A stretch of DNA of 64,000 nt from positions 744,001 through 808,000 of the forward strand of contig JAYWIR010000015.1 of NCBI GenBank assembly GCA_036172245.1, given 5' to 3'. The position numbers and the translations under genes are program-made. Positions 53,501 to 64,000 of this stretch are shown here, piece by piece. The notes under the pieces were generated by a model. It saw only the letters and a list, made by a program, of their open reading frames with translations. It had not been told where the DNA came from and did no database searches. This DNA comes from Raillietiella orientalis (lineage: Eukaryota). How positions within the stretch are numbered: position 1 is the stretch's first letter; every line of letters starts with the position of its first letter.

Positions 53501-56500
53501 TGTTTTCGAAACTCACAAAGTTACCCGAGCCCCAGCCCCTGTATAGACGTGGCCGATCAGCATCCTCAAAAACGGCCGATGAAGAATCGGAACACGAGCT
53601 CATCTCCTCAGACAAACGAGCCAGAGTGTTCCAGAAAAGTCGAGCAATTGAATGCATTTACCAGCAGCACTGAGAACTGAAGGGGAAAGGAAAATTCCGA
53701 GAACTTGGATCTCATAAGCGAGTTGCACTCATTTCGCGATTCTCAGAATCCCCAGGGCAAAATACGCACCGGGGCGAGAAACGCAAGGAGCAAATCGAGT
53801 TATGTGGGCACTCCTTCCTTCCTTCCAAACCTACTGGATTTCGGGGAGAGAGTGCGGCTGTTTCAAAAATCGCCGATATCGCAGCGCAGAGTTCTTAGAA
53901 CTGACGATCCATACGATAAGATAAGATGATATACGATAAGATGAGCATCCCTAGATCCTCGTGATGCCCAATTACTGGAGCACCGGTGAGGGGGGTAGGC
54001 AAGATGGCTCGAGATGGCCCCACTTAGTGGAGAGTGACACCTTCTTCTAAATGCTTTTCGTCGCAAGCTGCAAGAAAAGCTGCAGTGTAACTGGATGTCA
54101 CATTTACTGGTGTTCACCGTAAAATTCATGCGGTGTAGTTTTTTCGAGGCTCCTTTGGAACATTCAGTCCCATCAAATTTTACCCTTTAGTTCCTGGAGC
54201 TGTTGACCTTGAAACGTTGCCGGTATGGCAATATTTGTTGTCGAGTGCCTTCTGAGCGATTTATCCTTTTTTCTTCTTGTGGGATCGATTTCTTCTTTTC
54301 ATCTTATGCACTTGTCATAAATACGGGAAGTGATTCGAGATATGTTCATTCGTTTAGCTGTCACGGGAAAAGTTTCATTCTGACTGATATCCACTGATGT
54401 GTCATCTTTCCATCAGCTCTCGTTTCCAGTCTTTCTAAGGCGCCATATGTCGTCCTTTCATTCCGAGCACTGACGAATTCAGTGTAGGTGATCGGCGTGG
54501 CTTCCTTTCCTTTCCCCGGTGCGACTAACCATTCACTTTCCAGGAACCTATTTCACCGCGGCCAATTAACAGATGCACATTTCAAGTTCAAGGAGAATTT
54601 CCAGCCATCTACGAATGTATGGATGACTCGAAACGTTCCAGGCACTTCTCAGTTATTGCCGTCAAGTTCCGAAGAGTCAGAGTAGTCCTGGAAGTGGATT
54701 CGATGGCGCTTGGGATTTTATAAGGTCCCTAGTTGTAAGGGACTGTCTTCAGGGCGCAAAATTGAGATCACTCATTGTGGAGCTTTCCAGATTCACCAGA
54801 ATGAGCTGAACCTTTCTGGTGCTCATTCATCTTCTGGACCTCAAAACCTTTTTCTCTTCATTCTCTCAAGATTTACATGGTTCACCTCACCTGATTTCCA
54901 TTTTCGTAGGAAACTCGTTTCAGGAAAGTGAGGATGCTGGCTCCACTGTCTTGATGCAGGCATTGAATGTGAAGATGAGGAGTTCCGTGAACTCAGGGCT
55001 TGGGAATTTCGAGACACAAACCACAGTTCGGAAAGCGATGAAGTCCGGAGTTCGTTCGGAAGTCCGGATGCTTATCATCATCCTTGCAGATCTGAATCTA
55101 CGTCGTAGAAGGGCCAGTCCTTTTTTGCCCTCTACTTCGATGCAGCTTATAGTCTCAGGCGGCAGCCGGTTAAGCTTCCTCTTCACATATGATCATCGCC
55201 ACAGGCTTGGAGTTGACATGCAACGAAAAAAATAGCAGATCATTCATCGAGACCGCATAATCCTTGATGTTTTTGAACTGAGTTCCTCCAAAGTCGTCCT
55301 TTCACAAGTCCGAAGCAGCGATCTGAATCCAGAGAAGGAACTGACCGTTCAAGAAGAAAGACTGAGGAGTGAATGCGGCTTCGACGGGAGTTGCTGTGAT
55401 GAATCAAAACTTCATGTTTGGAAAGAAAAAAATCTCCTGGAATAGTTGGCAGAATTATAGAACGATGAAGACGACCTCGTGTATAGAAACATCTGGCTCT
55501 GGGAGGAAGAGAAAAATCATCTGAAACAGAGGATGAGTTGTATCAAAAAACTCTTAAGACATGCTGGGAAAGTGTGTTGGCAAAGGAGTTTGCAGCTCAG
55601 CATAGCTAACCGGAATGAAACGTGGCTGTCATCTCAACTTTCTAGAAGGGAAGAAAGGTGGGATAACTAGGTCACACATGTAGTCCAGATTCTCAAAGCT
55701 CTTACGAAAATACCGCGATGAGGATTCACGGAGATCAAGAAGTTAACAGTCATTGGAACTCCAGCAACTCCAGCACTCGCTAGAAAAGCACCTGGAAAGA
55801 ACTCAGTAAGGCAGTTTCGAGAAAGAAGGCACACAATGCAGGATCACTGTTCAACGACATCCTGGCACCTCTTAACGACGCCTTCCATTGGAAACACCGC
55901 TTAGTAAACCTGTAATTTTGTTTCCGGAGTCTGAAACGTGTATTGTTCTCATTTCCGCCTCCAGCCTGAACTTGCAACTTATGACTAACCATTGGTTCTT
56001 GCAAGCCACTTGCTGAAAATTATTTTGATGGAACTGGAATTTTCAAGGACATGGCATCACAAGAAATGCCAAAGCAGAGGGGGAGTGGGAACAGATCTAT
56101 TCCCAAGAGCAAAATGCTTGCAAGACTCATGCTATCGGAAAATCTTCAAGAGCCAATACGATCAGTGCTATTAAGGCGCGATATTGAGGAAGCTTGGAAT
56201 TCCATCTTGTCTGCATCCATATTACTCTTCAAGAGAATCATAGCTAAGAAGGAAGATTACATACAATGAAAAGCAAAGCATGAGGTGTTGAGATGAAATG
56301 AGTTTTTTTTTGTTGTTGTTGTTTGGAAAGAGCATTCTTATTCACTGCTAAGATGCTTTATCTAGACTGCTCACGGGTTGCGACCTGCTTAACTCAAAAC
56401 CGAAACACTGAGGGTTTCATTTTCTAGTGTTGCACGTAGCATGTTGGGATGAATCCTTTTTCGAAAGGTGTATTAGGAGGAGGAGAAGAAGAGAAATGAA

Positions 56501-57391
56501 AAGTACTCCATGAACTATCCAATGAACTTGGGGCTTTATCCGATATGTCTCCGTTTGCAATGCCGTGGGCTGAAAGGTGCATAAGTGCCCACCACTGTGA
56601 GAGAAACCCTTTTCCACCCCTTCTCGACCTTCCTCCTTAACCAGATTTTCGGGCGAGAACGCATCCCTGCTTTCACACGACTGCTGCAGTCTGAACCTTT
56701 CGAAACTGAAACGACTGACTTCCCCATTGGAGATCCCAGGGGATCCACGGAATTTTCTCTTTGATGGAGAAAAATCCGTGGATCCTCTGCGGACCTGTGA
56801 ACTACAATACTTGGAGTAACGAGCGTTGTAGTCCACAGATGCTCAGAGGCTGTGAACTCGCGAATGCCGGATATAAGTCCATCTCCGGAATGCACTCTTC
56901 ACCCAAGATCTCCGCAGGGTTCTCCTGCAAAAGATGCGACGAGACCAAGAAGCTAGCCAGGAACCTCGTTACCCAGTTAGCCGCACAACTGACTCACCTT
57001 TGGGAGGAAATGACGGCTGTCAGTTTCCATTATCATGACGCTGATGCTTACAGGAGGATTTCTGGACGAGGGTACCCAGAACGCGGGGTCGAATTTTTCA
57101 AGTTTTCCGCAGTTTCCACACTTTTGCTTTCCTGGTGGTCGCAGCTCGGGTCTCTTCTGTCTTGTTCCCTCAGCGAGCTGGCTCATACGATAGATCCAGA
57201 TTCCTTATGAGCATCAAATGTAGTTACCTGCATTGCAACTCCCTCCTGTTGCCTCCGTTTAAATTTCGAGTTCCCTCAGAACCTTACCTGGGAGCTGCGC
57301 GTCGAAGACTTATGGCAGCCAAGGTTTGTAAAGACGCGCGTATTCTTTTTCTGCTGAACGAGACCACGGTATTTCGTTCTCCTTTCTCTTC

Positions 57392-57637
57392 CTCTGAAGG
57401 GTGCTTCCCGAAGGGAGCTGCATGCTTGCACACTGGATAGGTATCCACCAGCTCCAAGGAGGGAGATGGAGCGTCTCCCTTCGATGGGAGGAGGGGGGAA
57501 AGCTCCATTTTCACAAATGGAGGGGACCCCGAGTAGAACCAACTCCTCGATTCCTGAAAGGACCACGGAGGTGACAACCCCCAATCCCGGCCAGTCAATG
57601 GAGGCACCCGGGACTTTCCGGCTTCCACCAGTGCCAC
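57392..57637 (-). mobile_element. long SINE body, portion left of the LINE insertion
   Basis: CCGAAGGGAGCTG, GTATCCACCAGCTC, AGCTCCATTTTCACAA and CAATCCCGGCCAGTCA blocks match 50230-50412. Confidence 0.8.
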
Positions 57638-58446
57638 GCTGTGACCCCGAATGCTCGACCTCATGGACTTTTGCGCTGGGGCGTGCAACTGGGTATTCCG
57701 GAGGAAGACCTGCAGCGGTCCCGGTGCTCATGAACAGCCGCACTCTCCCCTTAAAGTGGCAGGAGTCAGCATTGATGTTGCTGCATTGGGGCCTCCCATG
57801 CAGCGCCCGCCGGTATCTGTGGACACAGGGGAGGGGATGGATCCAAACTGTGCAAGGTGCGGGGAACGAGAGTCCCTTCTGCACCTCCAAATGGAGTGTG
57901 CTGCCATTCGGCCCGTTTGGGGACGTCTTACTGCGACCCTTGGAACCCCCGGAGGCAACTCCAGAGACGTTTCAAAGCGCCTCTTCCTGCGAGATGCCCT
58001 CACGCCGGCCGCATCCCAAGCAGCACTTTGCCGCCCACGCAGCGGGACCGTGACTGCATGGAGGAACGCCAGAGAAGGCTAGGGAAGCCATCTATTCTGC
58101 TGTCGTCTTCATGAGGATAGTGTCAAGATGGACCCATCTGGTAGTCTTGAAACAGGAACTTTGCGACATCATTACAAGGATGTAGAGGACACACTGCAGC
58201 AAAAGGTGATCCCTCCCCGAACACCCCTGCCCCCCTTATTTTTCGAATGCATGTTCTTTGTTTTATGTTTTTCTTTTTGTTTGCCTCCTCTTCCCCTGTG
58301 CTGCCGAGGCGAATCCTGCTGGCCAGCGTGCCAGTTCCCGGCAGGTTCCTTCTCGTAGTTATAAGCAACGTGGGGCAGGATCAAACGTACTGCCACAGAC
58401 ATTATGTTTATTTTATAAATAAGCGCCCCGGTGTAACCGGGTGTCA
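57638..58446 (+). mobile_element. L1/Tx1-like LINE 3' fragment (CCHC zinc-knuckle region + 3' UTR) inserted in a SINE
   Basis: LPLKWQESALMLLHWGLP then DPNCARCGERESLLHLQMECAAIRPVWGRL (C-2-C-7-H-4-C, zf-RVT-like). Flanks ACCAGTGCCAC (57627-57637) and ACCAGTGTCGC (58447-58457) form an imperfect TSD. Confidence 0.85.
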
Positions 58447-58620
58447 ACCAGTGTCGCACCCGAAGCCTTTAAGGCCAAGTAGCGTCATCCTGGGGGAAGG
58501 GGAGAATCGAAACCCACGCCGCACCTATTTCTCTGGCGTAGATCGTCCACGTGGGAGTTCGAACCCGCAATGCTTGATGCCACACGCTGAGATTGCTACC
58601 ACATGGCCGCCAACGCGGGC
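58447..58620 (-). mobile_element. long SINE tRNA-like head, portion right of the LINE insertion
   Basis: GCCCGCGTTGGCGGCCATGTGG...GCGGGTTCGAACTCCC...GGGTTTCGATTCTCC; closely matches 12174-12360. Confidence 0.85.
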
Positions 58621-60449
58621 TGTGTAACTACGGTCGAACTTGTTTTCTGCCACCTTCGCGCTCTCCTTACCGGAGAAGGGGAAAAGGAAGATGTAAAGTT
58701 GACGATAGTAGCAGGAGTCATGGAACTCATTCAGAGAGTATTTCGAGCAGGAAATGATGCAGAGGATAACGATCACTGAATGGGAGGTACTTGAGGAAAC
58801 GCTGACAGTTTTCCTTGTGCCGGGCATTTGAAACCTAGTCCAGGTTGCAGGAGGAAGAGGCCACTGATGTTTCTAAGGGAGCACGAGCTACTTGAGTACT
58901 TGGCGCGGAATGCCACTCAAGAAGGGAGTGCTGGCTGTAGCAGCCTAAGCTGCGACCTAACCTAAGACTTTGGCCTGCCTCCCGGAAAAGGTGCCAGAAA
59001 GCATCATCTGTGCTAACTGCAGCGCAGCGCGTCGTCAAGCAGTGTCTTTTGCAGCATCCTGCTTATTCAAGACTTCAAGGCCGTGGGTAGTATCGGACAG
59101 GAAGAAGTCCGATACCATGCAGTTCTATTTAGAACTGACGCTGAGCGTCCACTAGCATGCTCTATCCCGTCTTCTGTCTAACTCCACTGATACTACAGGT
59201 GGCGGTCTGCACCGATGACTTGTTTTCTTCCGTTGACTGCCTATGCAAACTTTGGCAACTGCGCTCGGAACTGCTGCTTCGAGTTCGATCCTCAAGGGTG
59301 ATGCAGGAATCCAGGTCAGCAGGCAGAAGTTCATGATCGTAGCATTCGGTTCTCAACTGGATGAGGACTGTTCCTCATGGAGAATTCCCATAGACGAGTC
59401 CCTCACTTACCTGAGTGCACGTTTGGATTCGTTTTCTTCGAGGAAGGTCTGATTTGCGTGCATGGGGGAGATAAGTGGACGCAATTGTCTTGGCCCTCTT
59501 CGGAACAATAAACCCAGGCTGTCCGAAGAGGCAAGATGCATCCATGACAACCAAAGAGAGAGCAGGGTCGAGAGGTCGTTCTTACGGAGAACCCAAAGCT
59601 CTCAGGATCGTGTGCGGCCACATGATAGACGGAGAAGCGAGAAAGGATCTGCGAGGATGAATAACAGCGGAGTCACCGGTCGGCCTCCACACTCGGTGGT
59701 TTTTTGCTTCCTGAGCACGGTGCACGCGTCGTCGTCCCCGTAGAGCTCCACCGGAAGCTGAGGCCAGAGAGATACGTTTCCTGCCAAGGAGGACACTAAA
59801 GCCGATGCTGCTCCTCAGCTCCGCAGGGCGGTGAGCTGCGACTGCGGCTCCAGCGGAACATCGCGTGCGAGCCCGAGGCAGAAAATTCATCCGCGGAAGA
59901 GCAGAGCCTCGGGAGCTCCTTGAGGGAATGCTCTGGATGTGAGAGGGCTGCATCTCAACCCACTGCCAGCCGTTTCCGAGAAACTCACACTTCAATGGCA
60001 GGTGAGTATGCAATCGCCCCGCATCCGGCTCATCTCGAAAACAGGTTCCCCTCGTCCAGTGGCTCTGCTGCGGAGTGCAATGGAAACTCCTATGCAAGAA
60101 GAGCGGTGCTGAACTTTGCCAGAGAAGCGGAAGAGCGTCTCCCCGAGAAGATCACAAATACCGCTGGCTCATCTGAGCAAGAGGTACGAAGGATGCTGAG
60201 GAGGGCGGCATCTGTCCATGGTTAACCCTTGGGCAAGAGGATAGCAGTCAACCACCTATGAGCTTTGTTAACCCTCCGCTATCGAACAAGAAAGTTCTCG
60301 ACATAATGCCTTCCCTCCGGTTTCGGAAATAACTTACGGAAGACATTTTTCCAGAGCAGAAGAGCTCTCTCCCACCGGACGCAGCTGCCGAAGAGCTTCA
60401 CGTACTTCAGAACAGACGGAACGAAGCAAGATCCGAGGAAGTATTCTTA

Positions 60450-61313
60450 ATCCTTGATTTAGCCGATCTCTTCGAGCCGGCCTCTCGCGAACTTTTACGC
60501 GGTCCCCTTTGCGCCCCAAAAGTTCCAGCTCGGGCTCTCCAGAGACGGACAGGATCCCTGGGAATTCTCCGGGAGAACTTGGGAACCCCGTGCTCCGTCC
60601 TCCCTTTCTCCTCCATCTTGCTGGTGCACTGGGTACTTCTCCGGAAACGAGGAACACCACCACGCCTCAGCGAGGACAGTGCCCAAGGAATATCCCTACT
60701 GCGCGACGGTGGGGATGCTCCCACGGTGCTGCTGGAATGCCGGAGGCTGAGTTAGCGATTGGAGTGCATCGCTGAGGCGCTTCGATTCCACGATGCTGCC
60801 CCGAAGACCTCCTTGGAGAGATGCCCACGCCTGCAGGCTTGCCGGTCGCCTTGCCTCTGGAGGCGCGCCGCCACCTGAGAGCGACGGCGACTGCCGGAAT
60901 GGAAGGAGGAGGCTGCTGACATCCTCGAGAGTTCGTTGGAGATCTCCATCACCTACATGAGAAGAGCGATGAATGTCCCGGTCAGGGAGGCGGGGTGCGA
61001 GGGAGTCTTCGAGCGCTTGTGGGCAGGCTGACACGAAACCGGTGAGCGCGATCCCACTCTTCCTGCTCCGCTCCTGCCCTGCTCAACTCAAGACCTCGGG
61101 AATCAATTGGACTGCCGTGAGACTGGCCCATCCCATCCCTCATTTATTTGTTTCCATTCATTGATTTCCCTCCTCTCTCTCCAATCCTGCCTAGTCCTCT
61201 CCTCTGCGAGGGCGGTCCCTTTAGGTTCGGACCGAGGCAAGTCAACCTTTGTCTGTCTAGGGCTGTCTAAAGTGTCTATTCACTTCGAACAAATGGCCTC
61301 ATCCCGGGTATCA
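60450..61313 (+). mobile_element. L1/Tx1-like LINE 3' fragment, degraded
   Basis: Frameshifted LGILRENL / ILLVHWVL / YPYCATVG / VLLECRRL occur in the same order as in the other copies; it ends CCCGGGTATCA (compare CCGGGTGTCA). Confidence 0.6.
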
Positions 61314-64000
61314 GTGGTGAGCAGGCCTCGACGGGACGATTCTTCAAAATAAATGGGCATACATGGAAGAAGTTGCCTTATGTACAGGAAATGCTGCGCA
61401 ACGAGTCGGCAAAAGGACCAGAAAGGGATAAAAATCAAAAGAAAAAAGAAGAAGAAAAATAGAAATAGATGCACAAAAGAACCTAAAGTACATACATGGA
61501 GTGTGTGTACGTGCACACCTAAAGTGTGTATGCATTTGTCATAAGGAAGCAGCGCCAGACTACGAGAGGTGCGATCCAAAAGAAGAGGACTTGAGGTTCG
61601 GACTTGGGTTCCGCGGTTTTTCTCGGAGCCTGACCGTGAGGCGAGCATACTGGCAGAAGATGCGGCCATCCTGCTACTTTTCTCATCATGATGGGATGGA
61701 TAGCGTCCCCCGGTACCGCCGCTGCTTCGAGATCTTGTGGCGTTTCGCATCTGCTGCACGAACGCAGCTCTGAATACTCTGAATGGGAGAGGTGGGCCGA
61801 GAGTGCTTGAGTTTTCAGGAACCACTGCAAGAGCTGCCAAGGGGAGTCCTTCTGGTGCGGGAGGGGTGCTGCCACTCGTTATCATCCATTGAGAAGGAAT
61901 TCGGAATCCAGAAGTAGCTGCAAGAGTGATCCGGGTGTCCCGTTCCTGGAGCAGTCAGGGGACACATTCCTTCTAGTGCAGTGCCGACAGCTTTAGCTGC
62001 AACAAAACCTCAGTGCATGAGGAGCGTCGCCGCGTCCGTCGTGGGGAACTCTAGTTCACCCAGGATATGAAGATTCCTTGCTCATCAGTACAGCTCTTGA
62101 GCACGAACACCAAGTGTTGCGGTGTCCGAAAGTTCCCGGACTGACCAGTCGCTTACCGAATCCACTTCGCGCCAGCTTACAGAATCCGTTGGAAGGGAGT
62201 ACCTCAGCTGCGCAGATGACCCTAGATCTTGGAAGATGAATTGCACTTGAGCCTCAGGATGTTCTGGGATCCACTTGCAAGCGAGTCTGGTACCACGGTC
62301 GGCTCCTGAAAATGCGCCTCCTTGCACTTTGCAAAAGCACAGCTAAACAGGGCACGAAACACCATACTCTCCACATAAGAACTTCCCTTCCTTTGGAGAC
62401 GCATCTGCCGTTGATTGCTGCTGCCTCCTGCACTCTCGTGATCTTCGGATCGTCTCTCAGTTGCCGAGACAGCGATGGCTGACATAGCTACCATGCACAC
62501 TGTTGTCACTGAAATCCTTATCATTGTTACTAAATTCGGAATAAGAGAGGAAAGGAGAAAACAAGCCATTCTTTTCTCTCCAGATTCAGCAGATTTAAAA
62601 ATATTTAGTGGAATCGGTCAGCCTTATGAGGATGCACAGTTCTGACAAACATAAATCCCTGTTAGCACTTTAGTCTCTGCCTTGCTCTCGTTGCAGAAAA
62701 TTGATGTCACGGGAACCTTCTACTCCCCGAGTCTGGTTCTTCATCAGAAGCTCAGAGTTTCCAAGAAGCAGAATCGGATCTTCCTAACATAGGAAACGCA
62801 TAATATTTTTCTAAACTTACCTCTAGAAGAGCAGCCAACGCATATCCATGCTCTGACTGGACAAGAGGGTGCCTTGTTCTCCCCAACCTATTGGACGAGG
62901 CTGATACCGCTGAGCTGAGTTGAGAGCTGTTTTGGACATTGCCAGGTCCAGCTGATGAGAAGGGAAAAGAGATTTAGTCGATGGTGCTTTGCCACTTGGC
63001 TTGATCACTGGCAATTTTGCTCTTTGCAAAGGCGATGCAAGGAGGAGTTCCACGAATGGTGGAACAAAAAGCAATCTGGATCTTTGACCTAGAGTAGTCA
63101 TAGGACATTTAGCTTTTGAACGCCGCATGAAAAGGAAGCTGGGAGTTGGCATGCTTGCTTTTGAACGTAGGGAAGTGTGACTTTCTCTGACAGGTCAAGA
63201 CTGTGCATTGCGTTGGTGTGCACCGCGCTCTCTGTCACTTCCTTTTCATGTGAACAGCATGTGGTTCGCATACTACCACCTAGAAGACGCGGATCGGTCG
63301 ACTCCATTGCCAGTACGAACCAGACCATTGAAAGAGAAGTCGGCCGCATGTGAAGAGATATGCGCTTTGGCAAGAGTCCCTTCAGCACTAAGTCAACCAC
63401 CGCACGTTCAACTCCCGAGTCATCATCACCGTTTGCCAAGATGAGATGGTGGACAAATTAAAAAAAGGATGCAGACAAACACTATGAGAGGACTGCCCCT
63501 ATAAACAATCGATTCATGGAGCGGATTCCAACCTCGGGTCTAATCTGGTATTCCAAAGTGATGGACGGTTGATCTTACTCGGCGTGACCTACCCATTTGG
63601 AAGTAGCTCGAACGCAGCTCTGTAAAGCTCCAAGAAGGCGCGCGTTGGTGTTCCCTCTTGGGAACAGCAAACTCCAGCTGTCGGGAAAGGCAAGAGATTA
63701 GAGCGTTTTCCATGTCCCTAGCTCCCGCTCTCTGTGTTTTGTTTCACTTGCCTGCACTTGGATACACCGAGAAGTTCACCAGTCTGAGGAGACAAGCCCT
63801 ATGGGATTCGCCAGATTTAAGGTGCTGGCCAAAGGACTTCGTTAGCATCTGGGCGTATTCTCTGCCGAGCGGTTGCAGGAGGTGCAAGCATCGCTCTGGA
63901 GATCGGCTCTCATGACGACGCTGTGGAACACTTCCTGAGGAAATCTTTTAAAGAACGCCACAGATTCGTGGCTGCTTGACCTCGATCCTATAGCGCAGCC

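Noticed and set aside
59162..59648. Possible exon pair around a 54-nt GTAAGT...CAG intron (59357-59410, minus strand)
   Set aside because: I found no stop-free frame across both putative exons and no recognisable protein.
59602..59796. YGDD and G.P.TPLLFIL RT-like motifs on the minus strand
   Set aside because: The motifs occur in the wrong order for an RT domain.
61720..61860. EILWRF...CKSCQGESFWC, a possible additional zinc-knuckle relic
   Set aside because: Lacks the His ligand and shows no nucleotide similarity to the other copies that I could confirm.

Overview
Eukaryotic (invertebrate, probably arthropod) nuclear DNA with low gene density. Most six-frame ORFs are chance ORFs in GC-rich sequence. 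Two spliced genes are supported, both on the minus strand. The first is IMP4 (U3 snoRNP Brix-domain protein, 595-1565), with four 41-49 nt introns and its expected last exon outside the window. The second is a 3-exon, 140-aa secreted single chitin-binding type-2 (CBM14/peritrophin-A, CPAP1-like) protein at 22732-24790, with a TATA box and polyA signal. The rest is a TE-rich intergenic landscape. It holds a tRNA-derived SINE family in short (~370 bp) and long (~850 bp) forms, and about eight degraded 3' fragments of L1/Tx1-like LINEs (CCHC zinc-knuckle region plus 3' UTR). It also holds a frame-intact ~250 bp mitochondrial nad2 insertion (NUMT), a 42-bp minisatellite and several perfect hairpins. 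I see no clearly new protein system. The most novel-looking signals are a structurally conserved twin-hairpin LINE 3' terminus with covarying sequence, and reciprocal nesting of the SINE and LINE families. All homologies were judged by eye and repeat boundaries are approximate.
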